Assembly: GCF_006345805.1 (NCBI RefSeq)
Contig: NW_021826794.1
Span: forward strand, 1-11,805
DNA length: 11,805 nt
Direction of reading: 5' to 3'
DNA from: Octopus sinensis
Lineage: Eukaryota
The notes beneath the pieces were generated by a model, which did not search any database, was not told the origin of the DNA, and saw only the letters and a program-made list of their open reading frames with translations. The position numbers were made by a program, and so were the translations under genes. The stretch's first letter is position 1. Every line of letters starts with the position of its first letter. Of this stretch, positions 1 to 8,075 are shown in pieces.

Positions 1-33
1 ATTAAAAAAATATCTATTTTGCAGTGATCACAC

Positions 34-175
34 GTGGAGGTTAGGAGAGAATTGACAGTGTCGGTTAGAATATAATCGTGGTATTTGTTCCAACTCAATG
101 TGCATTGTGTTCAAATCTTGCTGAGGTCAACTTGGCCTTCCATCCTTGCGTAGCCGATTAATGAAGTAGCAATCT
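34..175 (+). mobile_element. Degenerate tRNA-derived SINE, family A
   Basis: B-box-like GTTCAAATC at 109-117 is followed by TTGCTGAGGTCAACTTGGCCTTCCATCCTT. This aligns by eye with the other family A copies in the window (GTTCAAATTCTGATGTGGTCGACTTTGTCTTT at 7139, and the reverse complement of 7500-7560). Confidence 0.75.
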
Positions 176-270
176 AAGGTGTTGGTCTAGTAGAACCGCA
201 AGAACCTTTAACTGGCTGTCTTACGGTATTTGTCGCAGCTCTTTGCATTCTGATTTTAAATCCCGTCATG
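176..270 (+). mobile_element. Highly decayed 5' fragment of SINE family A
   Basis: GGTATTTGTCGCAGCTCTTTGCATTCTGATTTTAAATCCC parallels the GGTATTT...GTTCTGAGTTCAAATCC motif at 6913-6951. Confidence 0.45.
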
Positions 271-371
271 TGTTGTAGACTTAATTTGTCGCCCAGTTTA
301 ACATTACCACCTAGTATCTTAGCTATTCTTAGCGGAGCCCATTCTTTTGCAAGCATTCGGGTTAGGTCTCT

Positions 372-414
372 AGTTTGAGGATATCTTTCTCCCTCTTTCC
401 CTCCCACTATTGTC
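372..414 (+). repeat. 43-bp direct repeat, copy 1
   Basis: AGTTTGAGGATATCTTTCTCCCTCTTTCCCTCCCACTATTGTC matches 855-897 at 41 of 43 positions. Confidence 0.95.
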
Positions 415-554
415 GGAGTTTCTCTAATGTCTCGTGGGCACTGCCTTCTCTCCTGACTAAACGATAAAAATGTAACAACAACATTGCTAAGAGAAAATAT
501 CTCAGGAAAATACAAATATGGTAGTGTCTCCTCGCGTATGTAGCATAGATGATA

Positions 555-850
555 AGGGCGCATGGCCTAGTGGTTACGGTGTTGCTCTCACGATCGAGAC
601 ATCGCCGTTTCGATTCTTGGGCCAAGTGGTGCGTTGTGGTTTTGAGCAAAACAATGAATCTTTCGTTGCTCTGCGAATCATTTCGACATCATCTGGCGTA
701 TGGCACACTGTGCACCTGTTCAGGCAACGTCGATTTGGTTGAGGGGTGGGGAGCTAATGTACAGTCTATACACTTGGTCCATATAAAACAAATCATCTGT
801 GCAAGTTGTTCGACAAGGAATTGCAGAATAGTCTTTCTCGGAATACGAGA
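555..850 (+). mobile_element. tRNA-derived SINE with CORE-like central motif
   Basis: A box TGGCCTAGTGG (563-573), B box GTTTCGATTC (607-616), then TGCGTTGTGGTTTTGAGCAAAACA (630-653), which resembles the CORE-type TGTGTCCTTGAGCAAGACAC motif. There is no acceptor-stem closure, so it is not a tRNA gene. The 3' boundary is approximate. Confidence 0.8.
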
Positions 851-854
851 GGCA

Positions 855-897
855 AGTTTGAGGATATCTTTCTCCCTCTTTCTCTTCCACTATTGTC
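855..897 (+). repeat. 43-bp direct repeat, copy 2
   Basis: AGTTTGAGGATATCTTTCTCCCTCTTTCTCTTCCACTATTGTC matches 372-414 at 41 of 43 positions. Confidence 0.95.
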
Positions 898-1171
898 TTG
901 CAACATAGCAAGAAAACTTCAGTTATTTGTGATTATCGATTAGTAAACAAAATCTGGTTCACACCATATTTCAGTTGTTATATTTTCCCGCCACAATTTC
1001 TGTCTACTAGTATTTTTGGAGTGATCTCCCTTGTTTGTAACATCTAGATCTTAAGCATCCCTTAAAGCGCTTTTGCCTACTAATTGTATGAATAAACTGA
1101 ATTAATAGCAGTTTTTCCACACGCTGTATTGTATTTATAAGACCCTACCGTATTAGATCTTTCTTCTACTT

Positions 1172-1400
1172 TTTACTTGTTTCAGTGATTGTGTTGCGTC
1201 CATGATGGAGCATCGTCTTAAAGGGTTGTTTTTTCAGTTGAATGAATCTACTTCAGAACTTATTTTTTAAGGCTGGTACTTATTCTTTCAGTCTCTTAAG
1301 CAAAACCACGAATTTACGGAGATATAAACAGGGGGAGCACTACTTGCCAAGCAATGATTAAGGGACAAGCAAAACACAGACCGACGCAATACACACAGAC
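1172..1400 (-). mobile_element. 3' half of SINE family B (the family with an internal microsatellite)
   Basis: The reverse complement (...AGACTGAAAGAATAAGTACCAGCCTTAAAAAATAAG...AAGACGATGCTCCATCATGGACGCAACACAATCACTGAAACAAGTAAAAAG) aligns with 11150-11278 (...AAGCAGTGCTCCAGGATGGCTACACTTCAATGAGTACAACAAGTAACAAAA). Confidence 0.8.
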
Positions 1401-1404
1401 CTAG

Positions 1405-1568
1405 CGACCAGATGTCCGCGATTGAAGATGAGCAAACTAGCTCGGAACCGAATCGGTCTCGCGATCCTGTCATCTGCTGGAGGGTGGTAGGGGTTCGCTC
1501 TCCTACAGGGTGCAGGCTACTCCTATAACCAGCTGGCAGATGATATGCCTGGGGTTAAACTAGTATTA
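1405..1568 (+). pseudogene. Possible decayed non-LTR retrotransposon apurinic-type endonuclease N-terminus (RTE-like)
   Basis: Frame +3 from 1428 reads MSKLARNRIGLAILSSAGGW*GFALLQGAGYSYNQLADDMPGVKLVL. This resembles the RTE endonuclease pattern ELARYxIDIAALSE...GAGYTF...GVGF. It has one in-frame stop at 1488-1490 and is GC-rich relative to the flanks. Confidence 0.4.
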
Positions 1569-1682
1569 ACATTGAACAGACATATTCATGTAGTGATTAA
1601 CTTGTTAGTATAGTTACTACTCTCATCTCATTGAGATTTTACAACTAGCGTTGTTTATGTATATAAGTATATAACTTTTCAA

Positions 1683-1905
1683 TATAACGGGAAGGTTTAC
1701 GAAAATAAACAAAAGACGAAGCCAGGTGGAGTACAAACAAACAAATGTATTAGTATGGCGCTCAGGAATAGAAACAGAACAAGTGTTTTACGTTTCGAGC
1801 CTACGCTCTTCGACAGAAAGATACACAGAAAAAAACAAGGAGAGAAAAAAATGCGTGTAGGAGCTAACGATCTATCATGGCGTCCTGACTTCGGACCAGT
1901 ATATA
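1683..1905 (-). mobile_element. Penelope-like element 3' / pseudo-LTR fragment (non-coding)
   Basis: Contains the hammerhead-like motif at 1783-1820 followed by a U-rich tail (TTTGTTTGTTTG...TTTTGTTTATTTT on the minus strand), a layout typical of PLE termini. Boundaries are approximate. Confidence 0.55.
1783..1820 (-). ncRNA. Minimal type I hammerhead ribozyme-like motif, core variant
   Basis: Minus strand: CUUU-CUGUCGA-A-GAGC(GUAG)GCUC-GAA-ACGU-A/AAACAC. Stem II is a perfect 4 bp, stem III is the palindrome ACGU and the triplet is GUA. It deviates from consensus at A6 (U here), and stem I is only 3 bp (UUU/AAA). Confidence 0.55.
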
Positions 1906-1924
1906 CTTTTTAATATAGCTAAAC

Positions 1925-1926
<2 letters not shown>

Positions 1927-2011
<85 letters not shown>

Positions 2012-2135
2012 TATTGAAATTAATATTATTTATCTCCCTCATTATTTAAATATATATTATATATATATATATATTTCGATTAGGCATTATATGTATGTGT
2101 GTATGTGTGTATACACACACATACACATATATGTT
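1927..2135. repeat. Compound microsatellite: (TC)22, then (TA)n tracts, then TG/CA mix
   Basis: Direct reading: TC repeat 1927-1970, TA tracts at about 1975-2075, TG switching to CA around 2111. Confidence 0.97.
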
Positions 2136-2376
2136 TGCGCATCCATATATTTAATAAGTGTGATATCCAAAATCTATTTGAATTCACCTTCCTGAAACCT
2201 AGAATATGGTAGCTTTCTGTCAGCCAATTACTCTGATGAACCAACCATCCAACCAATCAACCGACCGACCGACCAAGAAAGCAGTATTTCAAAATACCTT
2301 CGAATTAACATCAGTCATCATAATCATCGCCATTATCGCCTCTCCCTCTCCTTCTCCTCCTTCTCCTCCTCCTCCT

Positions 2377-2529
2377 CGTCATCATCATTATCATCATCAT
2401 CATCATCATCATCGTCGTCGTCGTCGTCGTCGTCGTCATCATCATCATCATCATCATCATCGTCGTCGTCGTCATCATCATCATCATCATCATCGTCGTC
2501 GTCGTCGTCATCGTCATCGTCCTCGTCGT
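2377..2529. repeat. Block-alternating (CAT)n/(CGT)n trinucleotide array, preceded by (CCT)n
   Basis: Core blocks are (CAT)7(CGT)8(CAT)8(CGT)4(CAT)7(CGT)5, confirmed by the His/Arg runs in ORF 2206..2661. Confidence 0.97.
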
Positions 2530-2736
2530 TGCCGTCGCTGTCTCCAATGCCATCTCGTCGCCATGATTGTCGTCGTCGTATTTATCTCAATATTATTTTT
2601 ATTACTAGCACCTACCACAGTGGCCACCGTCATCATCATTACTATCAACCCTAAACCGTAATCAACAAATCTGGCCACTACCTTTCACTATACACACATC
2701 AAGCACTCAAGAAAGGGAAAACAAATACATTTTAGA

Positions 2737-2740
<4 letters not shown>

Positions 2741-2771
<31 letters not shown>

Positions 2772-2835
2772 ACACACACGCACACACACACGCACACACA
2801 CACACACACATACACACATACATGCACACACACAC
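2741..2835. repeat. Imperfect (CA)n microsatellite
   Basis: Direct reading, with CG and TA interruptions. Confidence 0.97.
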
Positions 2836-3106
2836 AAATATAAAGGACGACGCAAAAGCCAAAGCTAATAAAAGCAAGTCTAAATAAAACAAGGCATATT
2901 TTCACAAAGTCATAGAACTGCTTTGACCTTTCTCTTTCCTAAACTGTCCAGACTCCAGACTCCAGACGATATTAACAAGACCACCGTCTTTGACATGTTT
3001 TGTTGACCTTTTCCTTGGCCTTTTCATTTATTTTTTTATTTTAATTTTTTTTTTTTGCTGTTTATTTAATACAAAAGATGGTTGTAGATAATGTTGATAG
3101 ATGTTG

Positions 3107-3645
3107 TCTGGTTGGTTGGTTGGTGGTTTTGTTTGTTGGTTTGTCGGTGGTTGCTAGTCCTGCTTGGCTTGGTTGGTTTTTCTGGCTTCCAGGTTGGCAG
3201 TATGGATGATTGTTTGCCTGGAGTGTCGATTGGTTGATTGATTAGTTCATTGGCTGTATATTGATTAGTTGATTGACTGTGTGTTTTGTTGGCTGTCTGG
3301 TTGGTTGGTTGGTTGATTGGTTGATTGGTTGTCTGGCTGATTGATTGGTTGGTTGGCTGTATGATTGGCTTGGTCAGAGTCTGGTTAGTTAGTTTGTTGT
3401 TAGATTAGTTGATCGATTGGTTTGTTATTTGCTTTGCTGGTTGATTGATCGGTTTTCTGGTTGGTCCTCTGGCTGGTTGGCTGGTTGCTTAGTTGGTTGT
3501 CTAGTTAGTAGGTTTTATTTTTTGTTTGTTTGTTTGTTGGTTGGTTCTTTTGTTCGTTGGTCAGTCGATTCGTTGGTTTGTTGGTTAGCTAGCAATAGTA
3601 GTTAGGTTCTTAATTGATCAAGTTGGCTGATTGCTTGCTTGGTTG
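3107..3645. repeat. Degenerate (TTGG/TTGA/TTAG/CTGG)n tetranucleotide array
   Basis: About 540 bp of GGTT/GATT-type units with strong G+T skew on the plus strand. Confidence 0.9.
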
Positions 3646-3662
3646 TCAGTGTAAGCGATGAT

Positions 3663-4052
3663 CTTAAATACTGTGAACGATTGATTACAGCTGGTCATCC
3701 TTGACCGCAATAACAAGCAAAATCCACCAGACTTATTTATTTACATGAGGTCAACTCATCCAACACACTCCAAACTCTGATACACGGGCATTTTTCCATT
3801 TTTACCGCTATTACAGTGACCTCTACCCCTCAGGACTGCCTTATTTGAAGCCACTTTTACTCAAGCCCATCCGACGCACTCGTTACCTCTCCTCTCGTCA
3901 TTCCTACTGTTTCCACTCCACTGGTCCCACAAAGACAACTCTGTTACAATCTTTGATCACCAGAACCTAATTATTCCCTCCGGAATTTCCATTCTGAGTA
4001 TCTCCTTCCTACATTCTTCGACTCGCATTTGTTCAAAGACAACATCAAGCGC
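3663..4052 (+). pseudogene. Decayed CR1/L2-group LINE ORF2 C-terminal region (post-RT)
   Basis: With frameshifts it reads LKYC (3663), LDR-I-QAKSTRLI...NTLQTLIHG (3700-3788), FYRYYSDLYPSGLPYLKPLLLKPIRRTRYLSSRHSY...QSLITRT* (3800-3970) and LRNFHSEYLLPTFFDSHLFKDNIKR (3978-4052). The order matches the CR1/L2 C-terminal motifs LEY..LDRIQ.KA.RLI..LQPL.HRR..FYRYY..R.TR..H...SF..RT..LWNSLP...FK. Confidence 0.8.
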
Positions 4053-4204
4053 ATGAGACCCACTCCTTTCAGAAAGCCTGAAAATGCTTTGGGTATAGTC
4101 TCTTGCTTCAGAGCAAACTATTATTACTGGAAAAATGGAATGGTTGAGTAGTTAAAATGCTCACTTCGAAATAATGAAATCCTATATTAGATTTTTCTGT
4201 ACAC

Positions 4205-4400
4205 TCATTGGGCATGTCTCATTTAGCATATTGCCTTAGGTTGAGCGAAGCTTTGTGAAAAAAAGTCATAAACTGTGATGAATCCAGCATTCGTAATCTC
4301 AAGGGCCGGTCATGTCACACACTGTGTCACACTGATTTTGTGTGGGATTAGCATAAGCCAACGCATATCTGTGGAATACACAGCCACTAGGTCGATAATA
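4205..4400 (+). mobile_element. Decayed SINE fragment: family-C body preceded by a family-B-like segment
   Basis: 4301-4398 (AAGGGCC...TGTGTCACACTGA...CAGCCACT) is homologous to the reverse complement of 4640-4735. 4209-4260 weakly resembles 5572-5620. Confidence 0.6.
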
Positions 4401-4469
4401 CAAGGACTAAGCATTTGAGTGGAAGGCACAAATGGAATATGCATTGTCGAAGTAGACGAATAATTCATT

Positions 4470-4570
4470 TTCTTACTTGCTCGCCTAGTTCGAAATAACT
4501 GCGAAATCTCCATCAAATCACAACGGGTTCTCTTGAAAAAGGAAGGACACGTTACACAGTGTAGCCGTGG
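4470..4570 (+). mobile_element. Interspersed repeat fragment (family E)
   Basis: GAAATCTCCATCAAATCAC...TTGAAAAAGGAAGGACAC resembles an octopus repeat I recall that also matches 7735-7900 on the minus strand. In-window similarity alone is weak. Confidence 0.35.
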
Positions 4571-4574
4571 CCTG

Positions 4575-4860
4575 GCTCTCCTTCGGTTACGACGACCTGT
4601 ATTCCAGTTGATTCGATCTACTGAAAAGCCTGCTTGTAAAATCAACGTGCGAGTGGCTGAGCACTCAACAAACACGCGCACCCTTAATACAGTTCTCAGG
4701 GACATTCAGCGAGGCACAAAAGCTGGCCCTTTGAATTACAGGTACAACAAATTGTTTTCCAGATGAATGAACTAGAGTAACGAGAAATAAAGTGATTCGC
4801 TCAAGGACGCAACGCGCCGCCGGGAATCGGACCTACCGTAAGCCAAATGCTCTCGTCACA
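4575..4860 (-). mobile_element. tRNA-derived SINE family C, near full length
   Basis: On the minus strand, a B-box remnant (reverse complement of GGGAATCGGACC, about 4821-4832) is followed by the CORE-like GCGTTGCGTCCTTGAGCGAATCACTTTATTTCTCGTTACTCTAG. The body is shared with 4301-4398. Confidence 0.8.
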
Positions 4861-5272
4861 ATTTAAATACTTTTAAGCCACAGGTTTCTTCGATAGTAGT
4901 TGATCTGAGCCCATAGACCATTATTAAGCTTGAAAACAGTACTGATACATATATAGTATTGGATTACACAGACTTGTACAAAATGCGTATAAAATACACA
5001 CAAAATAGAATTTAAAAAAAGGACCACGATGGCACGGAGATGAATAGATGCAAATGTGTAATTTCAGAAATTTGTTGATGCATGTTGACACTTCTTACAA
5101 TGCTATCTACAATTTTCAAACAATAAACAAGAAAAAGGAACATGATTTTCGTCCTAAGAGACACAGTTGGTAGACATTGTCTGTTGGGTGTGTTGCGCAG
5201 AGGAAACCAAGGACTCTTATTTTTGTAAACAGCGTAAACAATGCCACTGACAGCTGTTGTATATATGTATTA

Positions 5273-5313
5273 TCTCTCTCTCTGTCTGCCTCTGTCTCTG
5301 CATCTCTGTTTGT

Positions 5314-5354
<41 letters not shown>

Positions 5355-5490
5355 CCTGTATGTATGCATGTGAGCATGTGTGTGCGTGTGCGTGTTCATA
5401 TCCACACGCACACACGTACACACACATACGTACATTCACATACATACACACTCGCGCACACAGACGCGCGCGCACACATACACACACGCA
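5273..5490. repeat. Compound (CT)n then TG/CA/CG microsatellite
   Basis: Direct reading. This is the source of the low-complexity ORFs in 5116-5686. Confidence 0.95.
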
Positions 5491-5492
5491 CA

Positions 5493-5635
5493 GAGGCGCA
5501 GGAGTCGTTGTGTGATAAGAAGCTTGCTTCCCAACCACATGGTTTCGGGATCAGTCTCACTGCGTGGCACCTTGGGTAAGTGTCTTTTACTATAACCACG
5601 AACCGACCAAAACCTGGTGAGCTGAATTGATAAAT
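5493..5635 (+). mobile_element. 5' half of tRNA-derived SINE family B
   Basis: GAGGCGCAGGAGTCGTTGTGTGATAAGAAGCTTGCTTCCCAACCACATGGTTTCGGGATCAGTC...GGCACCTTGGGTAAGTGTCTT aligns with 10829-10960. Confidence 0.85.
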
Positions 5636-6879
5636 ATATTTTGGATACACCAATTGAGGATTTTCGCTGTTCTCTAAAAAAATCATCAGATTATGATGCC
5701 CACCGTTTAAGACTTAATTGTTGAACTGGAATTCTTAATAGAGTACGTTCGTTAATTTTCGGTAAGTACGGGAGACAATTACGGACTTATTTCTACCTTA
5801 TTAAACTTCATAAGAAAAATAGTAATTTCACCATACCTGCCAAATCAGTAATCAACTATCCTATATTGTATACATATCATAGAAAAATAAACCAATGCTC
5901 TTTAAATAAATTATTCTTATACTCTGTTAGCAACAAAATACAATAGTGAAGTTACTGATAAGGGCAAGTATGGTGAAGACTATGCACTTCGTTGAAGATG
6001 TCTGCTAAACCGAATATATCCGGAAAAATATCGCGTAATTGGTGTAAGAATTAAATTAATATGATGTTAAATATTTAATATAATATAACTGAATGACTAA
6101 TATTAATTTTTTTCCTCGTTGCATATTTTTGCTTATTCTTTTGATGCACCTACATAAAATATGATGAAATTAACTTAACTCTTACTGGTTCTTGACATGC
6201 GGATGGCGTCTACGATAATTTATTTTATGAACACATCATGTATAACAGCCTAGAGTTGTTTTGAATGAGTGTATGCACATTTTTGTCTGTTTTGTATGAT
6301 TTTGTATCTTGGCTGACATATGAATTATGACAGAATCAACTCGTGATTGTAGTAAATCATATTAAGTCATTTCTGAACCTTCTCTTATAAGGATTTGTTT
6401 TTTTATAAATTAGATTATCCGAGAAACTTTTCATTTAATCTGCTAAGCTTCACAATAATTAGAATTATTACAGTGCATTAATTGGTAACAAATCTAATTA
6501 TGATGTCTTTTCGTCAATCTTCATAGCACTCCATTAGTCATAAAGATACAAATAAAATAAGCTGTTTCTAGAAAGGAAAAGACATAATTCACATATGTAA
6601 TTTTTCTTCTTTAACAAGATAATTGCCTTTAAAGCAGTGACAAAACATTTTTCCGAAGACATTGACGCTAAACTTGAAGTGAATATTCTAGAAAGTTGCC
6701 CAAGTTTATTACATCACTTTGAAATTCTTGTAATAAATTCCGTTCTCTTTATGCAACCTAAATTTTGGCAATTTCCTGCTATCCGGATATTTTGTCAAAT
6801 AGTCGAATAATTCGGGTAAAAATGGATAAAAACTTATTAAATTGTCGATCAGTTATTTAAATGCAAACCAGTTAATGTT

Positions 6880-7050
6880 TAGAGACGTTAGAGTGTCAGA
6901 CAAAATATTTGTGGTATTTCTTCTACCTCTTAACGTTCTGAGTTCAAATCCTGTTGCCTTTTATTCTTTTAAGGTGGTTAAAATAGAGTATCAAAGAAGT
7001 ACTGAGATCGATTAAACCCCTTTCCAACAAATTTCAGGTTTTGTGCTTAT
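6880..7050 (+). mobile_element. SINE family A copy with internal deletion
   Basis: CAAAATATTTGTGGTATTTC...AACGTTCTGAGTTCAAATCC, with the B box at 6942-6950, followed by the shared 3' part. Confidence 0.7.
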
Positions 7051-7069
7051 ATTTAAAACACAGCCATAG

Positions 7070-7200
7070 ATTGGTGGAGTCATTAGAGTGTAAGTTAAAA
7101 TGCGTTACGTTATTTGTTACGGTTCTTCTACGTCCTGAGTTCAAATTCTGATGTGGTCGACTTTGTCTTTGATAAAGAAGCACCAGTCGATTGATGGAAT
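7070..7200 (+). mobile_element. SINE family A copy
   Basis: AAAATGCG...ACGTCCTGAGTTCAAATTCTGATGTGGTCGACTTTGTCTTTGATAAA, with the B box at 7139-7148. Confidence 0.75.
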
Positions 7201-7387
7201 AACACTCTCTCCTCATCGAGGTTGTGACAATCTTGATGATCCGCAGGATCGAAGGTGGAGAGACCAATAGGATTTTTAGGTCTTCAAGACTACATTGGAA
7301 CCTAAAGAGCTTCATGAAAGCATGATGAGTGCAATCGCGTCATTCTCGATTGCAAGCAACGGTTGCACTTTAATTTTAGTTACTATC

Positions 7388-7630
7388 TATTATATTGGAT
7401 TCAAATTTTGGCACAAGGCCAACAAATTTGGGTGGCGGGGGTGGGGGGCGTAAGTCAATCAATCACATCGACTCCAGCGTTCAACTGGTACTTATTCTAT
7501 CGACCCCGAAAAGATGAAAGGCAAAGACGACCTTGGTGGAAATTGAAGTCAGCGAGTTCAGAGCGTTAAAACTGAGGAAATGCCGCAGAACATTTTGCCC
7601 GGTGTGCTAACGATTCTGTCAGCTCGTCTG
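7388..7630 (-). mobile_element. SINE family A, best-preserved copy in the window
   Basis: The reverse complement starts CGAGCTGACAGAATCGTTAGCACACCGGGCAAAATG and continues ...AAGGTCGTCTTTGCCTTTCATCTTTTCGGGGTCGATAGAATAAGTACCAGTTGAA, homologous to 34-175 and 7070-7200. Confidence 0.85.
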
Positions 7631-7734
7631 TTTTCTCATATATGGCAATGAGACAAATATTCTCCATTGTCATGAACATGCTTGGTTTGTTCCACAATGT
7701 TGCTTGTTGTTGCATATTGAAAGCGTTTTGTTTT

Positions 7735-7900
7735 GACTGTTGTTGTTAAGTATTCCAGGTCAGCCTGGAGCAGAACTATACTCAAAGGCATTCCCGCCCG
7801 ACCACTTTATTATTTTATGAGACACAGTTGTATCTAGGATTTGATTTTACAATGCGTTTTGGCCTTTATCAATAAGGTGAGGCATTTTTTGAGTGACGTT
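7735..7900 (-). mobile_element. 3' end of a retroposed repeat with a (CAA)n tail (family E)
   Basis: TGTTGTTGTT tail at about 7738 followed by CCAGGTCAGCC...CAAAGGCATTCC. A related 3' terminus lies on the plus strand at 8250-8287. The family assignment is from recall. Confidence 0.5.
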
Positions 7901-8027
7901 TTCCGACTATACCCAACTCATACTTGTTAAATTTCCAAATTATATGACTATTTTTCTTCTATCTTGTCTTTTAACCCTTGGTGACACCATGTCTAGCCTT
8001 TATTTTGTGTGTCACTCAACCACATAA

Positions 8028-8031
<4 letters not shown>

Positions 8032-8075
<44 letters not shown>

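Noticed and set aside
555-630. Possible tRNA gene (also 10128-10175 and 10829-10900)
   Set aside because: A and/or B boxes are present but there is no complete cloverleaf or acceptor stem, and each continues into a repeat body. These are SINE heads.
372-897. CRISPR-like repeat-spacer unit
   Set aside because: Only two repeats, 440 bp apart, in eukaryotic context with no cas genes.
174-911. Five overlapping ORFs of 63-129 aa
   Set aside because: They lie across SINE sequence on both strands, and I recognise no protein motif.
1470-1543. Hairpin TCATCTGC...GCAGATGA as a structured ncRNA
   Set aside because: An 8-bp stem with a long loop is compatible with chance, and the segment is better explained as a possible LINE fragment.
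2206-2661. 151-aa ORF with poly-His/poly-Arg blocks
   Set aside because: The frame is open because CAT/CGT/CCT repeats lack stops. There is no domain, splice or codon evidence for a gene.
3107-3645. Interstitial telomeric repeat
   Set aside because: The period is 4 (TTGG-type), not TTAGGG or TTAGG.
4310-4766. 131-aa and 77-aa ORFs
   Set aside because: They span two SINE copies and show no recognisable homology.
5116-5686. Six overlapping ORFs on both strands
   Set aside because: They are translations of CT/CA/TG microsatellites plus a SINE head.
5690-5768. Coding exon ending at the strong donor TTCG|GTAAGT (5761/5762)
   Set aside because: All three plus-strand frames from the nearest upstream AG contain stops. 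A non-coding exon cannot be excluded but has no support.
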